Shown: positions 36,185 to 44,163 of the stretch, piece after piece
Numbering within the stretch: position 1 is the stretch's first letter
Layout of the letters: each line of letters begins with the position of its first letter
IMG/VR virus record: IMGVR_UViG_3300017909_000880
Coordinates: 1-52,276 of that record
DNA length: 52,276 nt
From: a virus
Taxonomy: Duplodnaviria > Caudoviricetes
Reading direction: 5' to 3' (one strand)
Made by a program: the position numbers and the translations under genes
Notes under the pieces: model-generated
The model's input: only the letters and a program-made list of their open reading frames with translations
Databases searched by the model: none
Told to the model about the DNA's origin: nothing

Positions 36185-36760
36185 ATGAAAGAACTACAGT
36201 ACACTCCCATGATCCCATCTGACGATGGTAACGGCTTCATCGACCCCGATGGTAAGAAGTGGCATCCGCTAAACCCGAAGCAAAAGAAATTCGCTCGAGA
36301 GTATCTGAAAGGCCAAAACGCTACCGAAGCAGCTGTCAAAGCTGGTTATACGAAGAACAGAGCTGCTGCCAAGAGACAAGGTAGTGTGTTACTCAATCAC
36401 AACCCGCTACTCCGAAACTATCTGATCGACCAGGAAATCAAGGAGGCGGAGCGGGATAGAGTTTCCATGGAGGGCCACCTATCCGCGCTTCATGACTTGC
36501 GCGAGGAGGCACGCGACCAAGGCCAAATCAACGCGGCCATCACCGCCGAGATCCACCGAGGGAAGGTCGGAGGCCTTTACATCGATCGACGCGAAGTATT
36601 GACCGCGAAGATCGACTCACTATCCAAGGACCAGCTGATCGACCGACTCGGTCAGTTAATCACGAAACGTGTACCGCAAACGATCGAGGGACAGATTACG
36701 AATCGGATCGGATCGATCGACGGATCGACTGATCGATCGATCGACTACATAGAAAAATAG
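36185..36760 (+). CDS. terS: Terminase small subunit
   Basis: LNPKQKKFAREYL..QNATEAAVKAGY HTH, AAITAE..RGK..GLY. Confidence 0.88.
   Translation: MKELQYTPMIPSDDGNGFIDPDGKKWHPLNPKQKKFAREYLKGQNATEAAVKAGYTKNRAAAKRQGSVLLNHNPLLRNYLIDQEIKEAERDRVSMEGHLSALHDLREEARDQGQINAAITAEIHRGKVGGLYIDRREVLTAKIDSLSKDQLIDRLGQLITKRVPQTIEGQITNRIGSIDGSTDRSIDYIEK
36706..36742. repeat. Dense GATC array
   Basis: Seven GATC in 37 bp (36706, 36711, 36715, 36723, 36731, 36735, 36739). Confidence 0.9.
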
Positions 36761-36768
36761 AGGCGCGG

Positions 36769-36792
36769 CCCACCCACCCTCCCACCCACCCT
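36769..36792 (-). repeat. 12-bp direct repeat CCCACCCACCCT x2; G-quadruplex motif on minus strand
   Basis: Minus strand reads AGGGTGGGTGGGAGGGTGGGTGGG: six G3 tracts with 1-nt loops. Confidence 0.8.
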
Positions 36793-36838
36793 TATTCACT
36801 TAGCGACGGATTGATTGATTCTCTAGATGGTTGGGCAC

Positions 36839-36864
36839 AAAAAAGGGAGCCGAGTGGCTCCCTT
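36839..36864 (-). terminator. Intrinsic terminator for the minus-strand gene (possibly bidirectional)
   Basis: AAGGGAGCC-GAGT-GGCTCCCTT hairpin with an A-run on its left, between convergent genes. Confidence 0.8.
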
Positions 36865-36881
36865 CGTGGGTGGCGATCCTT

Positions 36882-37214
36882 CTATTCGAAGGATCCTAGT
36901 TTGACGATACCGGTCTTTCCTTTCCACTCTTTGCGACCTTCGATCTGCATTTTGTAGTGGGTCATAACAACCGCCGCGTCCTGCTGGTATCCCCAGTCGG
37001 ATAGCTCGTCGACGATATCCTGAATCGCGACCATGCGGTGCGCGTCTCCGGCCAGCGCGTAGTATGCGGTGATGATCTTGATCATCTGCTTAGGGAGTCG
37101 CACGCCAGATGGCACGCTGTCGAACATCACTGATCCGCTAGTCGCTTTGCCAGTGCCGACCATTTCAGGGAGAGTCATAGGTGCAGATATCTGCTTTGTA
37201 GCTTGATTAGCCAT
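36882..37214 (-). CDS. Hypothetical early protein, possible distant paralogue of 31988..32380
   Basis: RBS AGAAAGGA, own promoter (copy 7) and terminator. Confidence 0.75.
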   Translation of the reverse strand: MANQATKQISAPMTLPEMVGTGKATSGSVMFDSVPSGVRLPKQMIKIITAYYALAGDAHRMVAIQDIVDELSDWGYQQDAAVVMTHYKMQIEGRKEWKGKTGIVKLGSFE

Positions 37215-37276
37215 TATATTTTCCTTTCTACTTTCTAAGTGTAAGTGGCCAGCCCTACTGCTTAACCACGGAACCT

Positions 37277-37312
37277 ATCTTCGCTCACAACGCCGCCAAA
37301 GTAAAGCACTAA
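37277..37312 (-). promoter_or_regulatory. Sigma70-like phage promoter, copy 7
   Basis: Minus strand TTAGTGC-TTTACT-N17-GAAGAT. Confidence 0.65.
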
Positions 37313-37332
37313 CAAAAACTTTTTACAGCCGC

Positions 37333-37410
37333 TCGCGCCTAACTCGCCCCGTTAGTTTGCGCCTTAGCCGAGGCGTTAGGTCGCGCCTTAGCGAGACGGT
37401 TAGCGAGACC
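37333..37410. repeat. Cluster of short GC-rich repeats
   Basis: GCGCCTTAGC x2, TTAGCGAGAC x2, repeated TTAG. Confidence 0.65.
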
Positions 37411-37503
37411 CCCCCATACCCCCAAAAGTGCCGCAAGGCACCCACCCACCCACCACTACCTGAATCCAGCCTCTTTTTCCGCTGTACTTTTGCTACGCAT
37501 CCC

Positions 37504-37545
37504 AAAAAATTTTGCGAAAAAAATTTTGCGAAAAAAATTTTCGCG
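37504..37545. repeat. Three tandem about 14-bp A-tract repeats
   Basis: AAAAAATTTTGCG, AAAAAAATTTTGCG, AAAAAAATTTTCGCG. Confidence 0.85.
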
Positions 37546-37553
37546 AGTAGGAT
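37525..37553 (+). promoter_or_regulatory. Candidate promoter for a leaderless late transcript
   Basis: TTTGCG-N17-TAGGAT ending 6 nt before ATG37560; no SD sequence. Confidence 0.45.
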
Positions 37554-37559
37554 TCGGCT

Positions 37560-37856
37560 ATGGCTGAACGTAAGAAAAAAGACCCACGATTAGCGAGAGC
37601 TGGCGTTTCGGGCTATAACAAACCGAAACGTACCCCGAGTCATCCTAAAAAATCCCATATTGTTGTTGCGAAAGAAGGCGATAAGATTAAAACGATTCGT
37701 TTTGGTCAACAGGGTGTAAAAACTGCGGGTAAGCCTAAAAAGGGTGAGTCGGCAAAACAAAAGGCTCGTCGTAAGAGTTTCAAAGCTCGCCATAGTAAAA
37801 ACATTAAAAAAGGCAAAATGAGCGCAGCTTATTGGGCCGATAAGGTGAAATGGTAA
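37560..37856 (+). CDS. Small very basic protein
   Basis: IRFGQQG, RRKSFKARH, SAAYWA.K.KW motifs; about one third K/R. Confidence 0.75.
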   Translation: MAERKKKDPRLARAGVSGYNKPKRTPSHPKKSHIVVAKEGDKIKTIRFGQQGVKTAGKPKKGESAKQKARRKSFKARHSKNIKKGKMSAAYWADKVKW

Positions 37857-38656
37857 TGGAAGATATGCAGGCTGTTTATGACGATGAAATTGGCGGTAGT
37901 TCCGGCGGCTTAATGTCTTTATTACGTGGTACGGGAGATATGGTTCTTGGGGAAGATATTATGGATAATCTTCCGATGTTACTCCGTGCGTTAGAAGGTA
38001 CGAATAAAGATACGTTAACGATGCAAGAAACTCGTGATATGTCGGGGCCGATTGACGAATCAAGTTTATCTGTTCGATTAAGTAATACTCCAGGATTAAG
38101 TTCGATGTTAGGGCCAGAAGCTGGGGTATTAGCGGCTATGGCTGGTGGACCTATGGGTAAAGGTAAATCTGCAAAAGAATTACTAGAAGAAATTATGGAA
38201 ATAGGCCGTAGGATGAAATCCGAGCAAGATTTTATTGATACTCGTCGTGCTACGGAAGACGAAGCGGATCTCCCTGATTTTTTAAAGTCGTTTTCGCAAA
38301 AGCAAAAAGAGCGACGGGGTGAAGAGGGATTCCAGGAGATGTTGCAAGAGTATCGTGATGAATATATGGATTCGCCTGAAGCGTTAGAAAAAGCGATGCG
38401 TGTCCAGCGAGACATTTTAAGAAAGGCCCGACGTGACGGAGATATGTTTGCCGAGGGTGGTCGCCCAGGATTATATGCAAATATCGCCGCGAAACGTAGG
38501 CGGATAGCGGCGGGGTCAGGTGAGAAAATGCGTAAGCCAGGATCTAAGGGTGCCCCGACGAAAGAAAATTTCCGACAAGCTGAAACGACTGCTAAAAAAG
38601 CACGTGGTGGTGGATTAAGTTACGCTAAAGGTTATTACGGGAAATCGTATAAATGA
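37850..38656 (+). CDS. Modular late protein: acidic N-part plus basic C-terminal peptide
   Basis: FAEGG separates the acidic region from PGLYANIAAKRRRIAAGSGEKMRKPGSKGAPT. Confidence 0.7.
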   Translation: MVMEDMQAVYDDEIGGSSGGLMSLLRGTGDMVLGEDIMDNLPMLLRALEGTNKDTLTMQETRDMSGPIDESSLSVRLSNTPGLSSMLGPEAGVLAAMAGGPMGKGKSAKELLEEIMEIGRRMKSEQDFIDTRRATEDEADLPDFLKSFSQKQKERRGEEGFQEMLQEYRDEYMDSPEALEKAMRVQRDILRKARRDGDMFAEGGRPGLYANIAAKRRRIAAGSGEKMRKPGSKGAPTKENFRQAETTAKKARGGGLSYAKGYYGKSYK

Positions 38657-39228
38657 GTTTGATAATTCCTGCAATTATTGCTGCTTTAACAACTGTTGGT
38701 ACAACAGCGTATACTGCTAATAGATCTCGTAAAGCTCAAAAACGAGCACGTGAAGATGCTAATCTTCGTGAATTAATCGAAGGGGCTGCGCCTAACATTT
38801 CTAACGTTGCTGATGTAATCCCTGAAGAAGTACAAGGTACAGATGTTGCGGGGTTAGAACGAGCATTAGCCGCGATGGAATATGGCGAAGAAGTTCCTTT
38901 ACCCCAAGCTCAACCTGAGTCGCTGGCTAATTTATCTGAAGAAGAATTAGCACAGTTATTAGAAGAATCAGGATTAGCGGGTCAATTAATGGCTAGCGGT
39001 GGGCCAGTAGGTACACCTGAAGATGTTTATTATTTTAGTGTTCCGCAAGTTATGGGCATGATGCAAGATCCGAATCCTCAAATACAAGGAGTCGGGATGC
39101 AATTAGCAGATATGATGGCTTCGACTCCTGGGATGGATATGGTTCCCGCGACTCGCGATCAAATAACGATGATGGCCGAAGGTGGCCCGATATCTGAGGA
39201 ACGTCTTAATAATCAAAGACTCCGTTGA
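38653..39228 (+). CDS. Hypothetical late protein with hydrophobic N-terminus
   Basis: Coupled at both ends; MASGGPV and MAEGGPI motifs. Confidence 0.65.
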   Translation: MSLIIPAIIAALTTVGTTAYTANRSRKAQKRAREDANLRELIEGAAPNISNVADVIPEEVQGTDVAGLERALAAMEYGEEVPLPQAQPESLANLSEEELAQLLEESGLAGQLMASGGPVGTPEDVYYFSVPQVMGMMQDPNPQIQGVGMQLADMMASTPGMDMVPATRDQITMMAEGGPISEERLNNQRLR

Positions 39229-40742
39229 GCACCCCACTTGAACAATTAAAAGATGTAGACCTTTCTCACCTCTCTAAAGAAGAGGCGAAAGAGTTTACGT
39301 TACTACTTGAGGAATTAGAAAAGCGTGAAAAACGCGAAAGTTCTATGGCGTCGTTTTACGATTTTGTTAAAACGATTTGGCCGGAGTTTATTGCAGGTGC
39401 GCACCACAAAAAGATGGCCGAGGCTTTCGACAAAATTGCTTCAGGAGAGTCAAAAAGACTAATAATCAATATGCCTCCACGACATACGAAGTCAGAGTTT
39501 GCTTCGTATTTATTTCCTGCATATCTATTAGGTAAACGCCCTAAACTTAAAATTATTGAAGCAACGCATACTGCTGACCTCGCGATTAATTTCGGTCGTA
39601 GAGTCCGTGACTTAATCGAAAGTGACGATTACGCTGAGATATTCCCCGCTACTCAACTAAAAGCTGACTCTCGAAGCGCGGGTAAATGGACAACTTCGCA
39701 AGGCGGGGAGTATTATGCGGCGGGTATCGGTGGTGCACTGGCGGGTCGTGGTGCGGATTTGTTTATTATTGACGACCCACACTCTGAACAAGACGCTTTT
39801 TCAGATAAAGCGTTAGAAGAAGCCTACGAATGGTATCAAACTGGGCCTCGTCAGCGCCTACAGCCAGGAGGTGCGATCGTTATCGTAATGACTCGTTGGT
39901 CTAAAAAAGACGTAACGGGTAAATTAATCAAACGAATGACTCAGGAACAGGGTGGGGATGAGTGGGAGATTATTGAATTTCCTGCGATATTGCCTTCGGG
40001 CAAACCGTTATGGCCTGAATTCTGGAAATTAGAAGAATTAGAAGCGACGAAAGCGTCGATTCCTCCGTCAAAATGGGCAGCGCAGTATATGCAGCGCCCT
40101 ACTGGAGAGGGTATTTCTATCATTCCGAAGGAATGGATTAAGGAATGGCCGAACGATGACCCTCCTTCATGCAGTTATTTGATACAAAGTTACGATACGG
40201 CGTTTTTAAAGTCCGAACGAGCGGATTATACAGCTATTACAACATGGGGAGTGTTCTATCCAGAGGGTAAAATTGGCGATGAACTGTATTCTGGAGACGA
40301 TGCTCATATAATTTTGTTAGATTGCGTAAAAGAACGCTTAGATTTTCCAGAATTAAAGCGTGAAGCGATGCGGTTATACGAACATTGGGAGCCTGATTCG
40401 GTAATTGTCGAAACAAAAGCGTCAGGTATACCACTTACACAAGAATTACGGCGTCAAGGAATCCCGATAAACACCTTTTCACCGAGTAAAGGGCAAGATA
40501 AGATCGCAAGATTGAATACGGTCAGCGCAATTTTCCAAGAAGGCCGAGTTTGGGTACCTGATACGAATTGGGGACAAGAATTAGTTGACGAAATCGTAGA
40601 TTTTCCGAACGGAGAGAATGATGATTGCGTAGATGCGACGACTTTAGCACTTATGCGATTTAGACAAGGAGGATTCTTACGTTTAGAAGGCGATTATTAC
40701 GACGATGACGAGTATTATCCAAAAGTTCGTGTGTATTATTGA
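39225..40742 (+). CDS. terL: Terminase large subunit
   Basis: MPPRHTKS (Walker A variant), IIDDP (Walker B), MTRW, QSYDTA, VETKASG, NDDCVDA nuclease motif. Confidence 0.95.
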   Translation: MSTPLEQLKDVDLSHLSKEEAKEFTLLLEELEKREKRESSMASFYDFVKTIWPEFIAGAHHKKMAEAFDKIASGESKRLIINMPPRHTKSEFASYLFPAYLLGKRPKLKIIEATHTADLAINFGRRVRDLIESDDYAEIFPATQLKADSRSAGKWTTSQGGEYYAAGIGGALAGRGADLFIIDDPHSEQDAFSDKALEEAYEWYQTGPRQRLQPGGAIVIVMTRWSKKDVTGKLIKRMTQEQGGDEWEIIEFPAILPSGKPLWPEFWKLEELEATKASIPPSKWAAQYMQRPTGEGISIIPKEWIKEWPNDDPPSCSYLIQSYDTAFLKSERADYTAITTWGVFYPEGKIGDELYSGDDAHIILLDCVKERLDFPELKREAMRLYEHWEPDSVIVETKASGIPLTQELRRQGIPINTFSPSKGQDKIARLNTVSAIFQEGRVWVPDTNWGQELVDEIVDFPNGENDDCVDATTLALMRFRQGGFLRLEGDYYDDDEYYPKVRVYY

Positions 40743-40771
40743 TTTATTCTAGTAAAAAATAAGAGTATGGT
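40743..40771 (+). promoter_or_regulatory. Candidate promoter for a near-leaderless portal transcript
   Basis: TTTATT-N17-TATGGT ending 8 nt before ATG40780; no SD sequence. Confidence 0.45.
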
Positions 40772-40779
40772 GGCGAACC

Positions 40780-43143
40780 ATGGCTGAAGTACAGATTCCT
40801 GAGGGTGAAGAAAACGTAGAAATCCTTTTTGACGAAGAGGATAACGTTCTTGACCCGTCTCTTTTGACCGAAGAGGTCGAAATCCCTTTCGAGGAAAATT
40901 TAGCCGAGTTTTTAGACCCCGCTACTCTTTCCGAAGTTTCTAGTGAACTAACTACTGCGTTTGAAGAAGATCTAAGTTCTCGTGGTGATTGGTACGAGGC
41001 GTTTAAAGACGGATTAGAACTATTAGGCGTAGACAGTGACCCTAGAAGTGAACCGTTCGAAGGCGCAAGCGGAGTATATCACCCGCTATTAGCTGAAGCG
41101 ACAACTCATTTCCAAGCGCAAGCGTATAAAGAACTTCTTCCTGCAAACGGCCCAGTAGATACTAAGATTATGGGCGCGTCTAGTGATCCGAAAGCGATGC
41201 AAGCTAATCGCGTTAAGGATTTCATGAACTACCAGCTCATGTACAAAATGGAAGAATACGATCCTGAAATGGATCAGATGTTATTCTTTTTGCCTCTAGC
41301 TGGTTCTGCGTTTAAGAAATGTTATTTCGACCCTGCGATGGGTCGAGTCGTTTCTAGGTTTGTAAAAGCCGAAGATTTAATCGTACCGTATTACACTACA
41401 GATCTTCATACGTCTCCTCGTATTACTCACCGTATGGCGATGTCAGAAAATGACTTGCGTAAATTACAGTTGAGTGGATTCTATAGAGATATGCCGATGA
41501 GTTCTCCTAGCTATTCAGCTGATGGAGAAAATGCGATACAAGATAAGATTGATGAGATAGACGGTGTTTCTAGGACAGGAACTCAAGCTGAATATACGTT
41601 ATTAGAGTTTCATGTAGAACTAGATATTGAAGGTTTTGAGCATACTGATAGTAATGGAGAACCAACGGGATTAGCACTCCCGTATATCGTCACGATTTGT
41701 AAAGATAACGATACCGTTCTATCTATTCGTAGGAACTACGAAGAAACAGATCCGATGCGTAAAAAGATTGAATACTTTACGCATTATAAGTTCCTCCCAG
41801 GACTAGGCTTCTATGGATTTGGCCTAATCCACATGATTGGCGGCGTTACCCGTTCCGCAACGTCAATTCTTCGTCAACTCATTGATGCCGGTACTTTAGC
41901 CAATCTTCCTGCTGGCTTCAAAGCTCGTGGCTTAAATATCCAGAGATCAGACGATCCTGTACAGCCAGGAGAATGGCGAGATGTGGATGTTCCTGGGGGG
42001 ACTATTCGAGAGTCGTTCTTACCGCTCCCATATAAAGAACCAAGTGCGACATTAGCGCAGTTATTAGGATTACTTGTCGAATCTGGACAGCGATTCGCTT
42101 CTGTTATGGATAATCAAACAGGAGATGCTAATTCTAATGCTCCTGTAGGTACGACAGTTGCCTTATTAGAAAAAGGACAGAAAGTAATTTCTGCAATCCA
42201 TAAGCGATTGCATTATGCGCAGCGTAACGAATTTAAAATACTAAAGAGGTTATTCGGTGAATACTTGCCTCCGGAATACCCTTATCAAGTACAAGGCGCT
42301 CAACAAACAGTCTTCGCTGAAGATTTTAATAATAGTGTTGATGTTATTCCTGTTTGTGATCCCAATATCTTTAGCACTACCCAACGGATTATTTTAGCGC
42401 AAACACAACTTCAGATGGCTCAGAGTGCACCTCAGATCCATAACATGAAAGAAGCGTATCGTAAGATGTATATCGCTTTGAACATTAAAGATATCGACGA
42501 TATCTTGATGCCTGATTTTGCCCCAGCTCCGAAAGACCCTATTCAAGAAAATATGGATTCGGTTATGGGGATGCCCTTAAAAGCATTTATTCAACAGAAT
42601 CACGATGCGCACGTCCAAGCGCATATTGCATTTATGCAAAACCCTCAAACCCAACAGAATCCTCAAGCGATGGCAGGATTACAAGCTCATATACAAGAGC
42701 ACCAAGCCTTGAAGTATCGCATTCAAGTAGAGGAGATGTTGGCACAACAAGGTATCGAGTTACCTCAACCTGGACCAGATGGTCAGATGCCTCAGTTACC
42801 ACCAGAGTTAGAAAGTCAAATAGCTGTAGCGGCTGCTCAAGTAACTCAACAGATTACAGGTCAAGAGCAAGCGATAGCGCAAGCAATAGCTGCGCAACAG
42901 CAAGACCCAGAAAGGGAAATGTTCCAACAACAACTAGAGCTAGAGTTTGAAAAACTTAAGCAACGGGATAGAGATTCTGAGCGTAAAACACAGCTCGAAA
43001 GAGAGCGTATTGAATCTCAAGAGGAACAAACTGACGTTCGTATTGCCGCTGAATTACAAAAAGCGGAAATGCAAGATGATCGTGAAATAGATTCTAACTT
43101 AACTGAGATCGCTAAGATCGTTCGAGAGTCCAGGGAGCAGTAA
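40780..43143 (+). CDS. Portal protein
   Basis: 787 aa after terL; PFEGASGVYHP, GSAFKK, GFYGFG, long Q-rich C-terminal coiled coil as in P22-type portals. Confidence 0.88.
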   Translation: MAEVQIPEGEENVEILFDEEDNVLDPSLLTEEVEIPFEENLAEFLDPATLSEVSSELTTAFEEDLSSRGDWYEAFKDGLELLGVDSDPRSEPFEGASGVYHPLLAEATTHFQAQAYKELLPANGPVDTKIMGASSDPKAMQANRVKDFMNYQLMYKMEEYDPEMDQMLFFLPLAGSAFKKCYFDPAMGRVVSRFVKAEDLIVPYYTTDLHTSPRITHRMAMSENDLRKLQLSGFYRDMPMSSPSYSADGENAIQDKIDEIDGVSRTGTQAEYTLLEFHVELDIEGFEHTDSNGEPTGLALPYIVTICKDNDTVLSIRRNYEETDPMRKKIEYFTHYKFLPGLGFYGFGLIHMIGGVTRSATSILRQLIDAGTLANLPAGFKARGLNIQRSDDPVQPGEWRDVDVPGGTIRESFLPLPYKEPSATLAQLLGLLVESGQRFASVMDNQTGDANSNAPVGTTVALLEKGQKVISAIHKRLHYAQRNEFKILKRLFGEYLPPEYPYQVQGAQQTVFAEDFNNSVDVIPVCDPNIFSTTQRIILAQTQLQMAQSAPQIHNMKEAYRKMYIALNIKDIDDILMPDFAPAPKDPIQENMDSVMGMPLKAFIQQNHDAHVQAHIAFMQNPQTQQNPQAMAGLQAHIQEHQALKYRIQVEEMLAQQGIELPQPGPDGQMPQLPPELESQIAVAAAQVTQQITGQEQAIAQAIAAQQQDPEREMFQQQLELEFEKLKQRDRDSERKTQLERERIESQEEQTDVRIAAELQKAEMQDDREIDSNLTEIAKIVRESREQ

Positions 43144-43146
43144 CTT

Positions 43147-43824
43147 ATGCCACATCTGATCAGCAATATTCCACACTTTAATTGCTGGGTTAGAAAAGAA
43201 TACACACACAATCATTTAGATTACCACGGAGAGTATTTACACGCGATAGCGATTGCGGTAAACACTATTCCAGACAGATGTCTATCTTTCCAAGTTGTAT
43301 TCACTGGATACGAATTGGGAGAGGAAGAAGATTCTGAGAATCTTCACGGAGGAGCGATGTGGGCACGAATGCCAATCACTGCTCTAGTAGCGGATGCGAT
43401 GCTTGAGGAAATGCCAGAAGCGATGGCTACTCATTTAGCGCAACCTTGGGACTGTAGTTCACGAGACCATGAAGTTATTGTTATGGATCGTGTATCTTCT
43501 AGTCCTTGGTTATGTAAGATTGATAATGATTTTTATACTGGGAAGTATTTGTTTACAGTTGACTATACAGGAAACGATATCGCTGACGATCCTGCACAGC
43601 ATAAACAAAGTCATTTGATACAGCTTACAGATGCTGGGAAATGGACAGGCAACATTGTAGCATTGCCTAATAATCGTGTAAGAGCGACTAACCCAGCATT
43701 ATGGGAGACAGGTTCTGGAGCACCAGACTTTTATCCTAGTCAACACGTACATAGTGCAGAGATTGACGATAGCTACATGGATCCGAACATTACGTTTAAT
43801 AACTTGTATTCTGAAGGAGATTAA
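43147..43824 (+). CDS. Conserved hypothetical head-module protein
   Basis: 225 aa globular protein after portal; GAMWARMPI, QPWDC, HKQSH, LPNNR. Confidence 0.7.
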   Translation: MPHLISNIPHFNCWVRKEYTHNHLDYHGEYLHAIAIAVNTIPDRCLSFQVVFTGYELGEEEDSENLHGGAMWARMPITALVADAMLEEMPEAMATHLAQPWDCSSRDHEVIVMDRVSSSPWLCKIDNDFYTGKYLFTVDYTGNDIADDPAQHKQSHLIQLTDAGKWTGNIVALPNNRVRATNPALWETGSGAPDFYPSQHVHSAEIDDSYMDPNITFNNLYSEGD

Positions 43825-43825
43825 A

Positions 43826-43954
43826 ATGCCTGTACACAAGAAAAATAAAAAGATGCCTAAGAAAATGGGTATCGGTGGTAAAAGCGCTAAGAAAATGCCT
43901 ATGAAAATGAAGCGCGGTGGTTCAACTCGTTCTCGTAGTAAGAGCAAAAAATGA
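43826..43954 (+). CDS. 42-aa Lys/Met-rich micro-protein
   Basis: RBS AAGGAG before ATG43826; MPVHKKNKKMPKKMGIGGKSAKKMPMKMKRGGSTRSRSKSKK. Confidence 0.65.
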   Translation: MPVHKKNKKMPKKMGIGGKSAKKMPMKMKRGGSTRSRSKSKK

Positions 43955-44163
43955 GAAACCTCAGATCAACGGAAATGCCCTATCCATCTCCGAAGACTCA
44001 GAAGGCTGGAGTACAGCCTTCTATTCCAGAACCCTCCAACGAAGGTTTCGCGAAGTCTACTGTATTGGCTGAAAAGACAATTAGTATTCCTGGAAAGAAA
44101 GTAAGGACAAAGGGCACAGGTGCAGCTACTAAAGGATTGGATTTTACTAGCTACGTCAACTAA
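43951..44163 (+). CDS. Small hypothetical late protein
   Basis: KGTGAATKG motif; coupled at both ends. Confidence 0.65.
   Translation: MRNLRSTEMPYPSPKTQKAGVQPSIPEPSNEGFAKSTVLAEKTISIPGKKVRTKGTGAATKGLDFTSYVN

Noticed and set aside
35973-36218. Minus-strand 81-aa ORF, and ORFs 37323..37505 and 37357..37593
   Set aside because: They run through repeat and A/T-tract non-coding elements and have no RBS
36700-37545. Repeat clusters as a CRISPR array or transposon ends
   Set aside because: No constant 25-45 bp repeat with unique spacers; no cas or transposase gene
37876-38415. 179-aa antisense ORF, representative of many short antisense or alternate-frame ORFs in the track
   Set aside because: Fully nested opposite well-supported, translationally coupled genes; Ser/Ile-rich composition typical of antisense shadows
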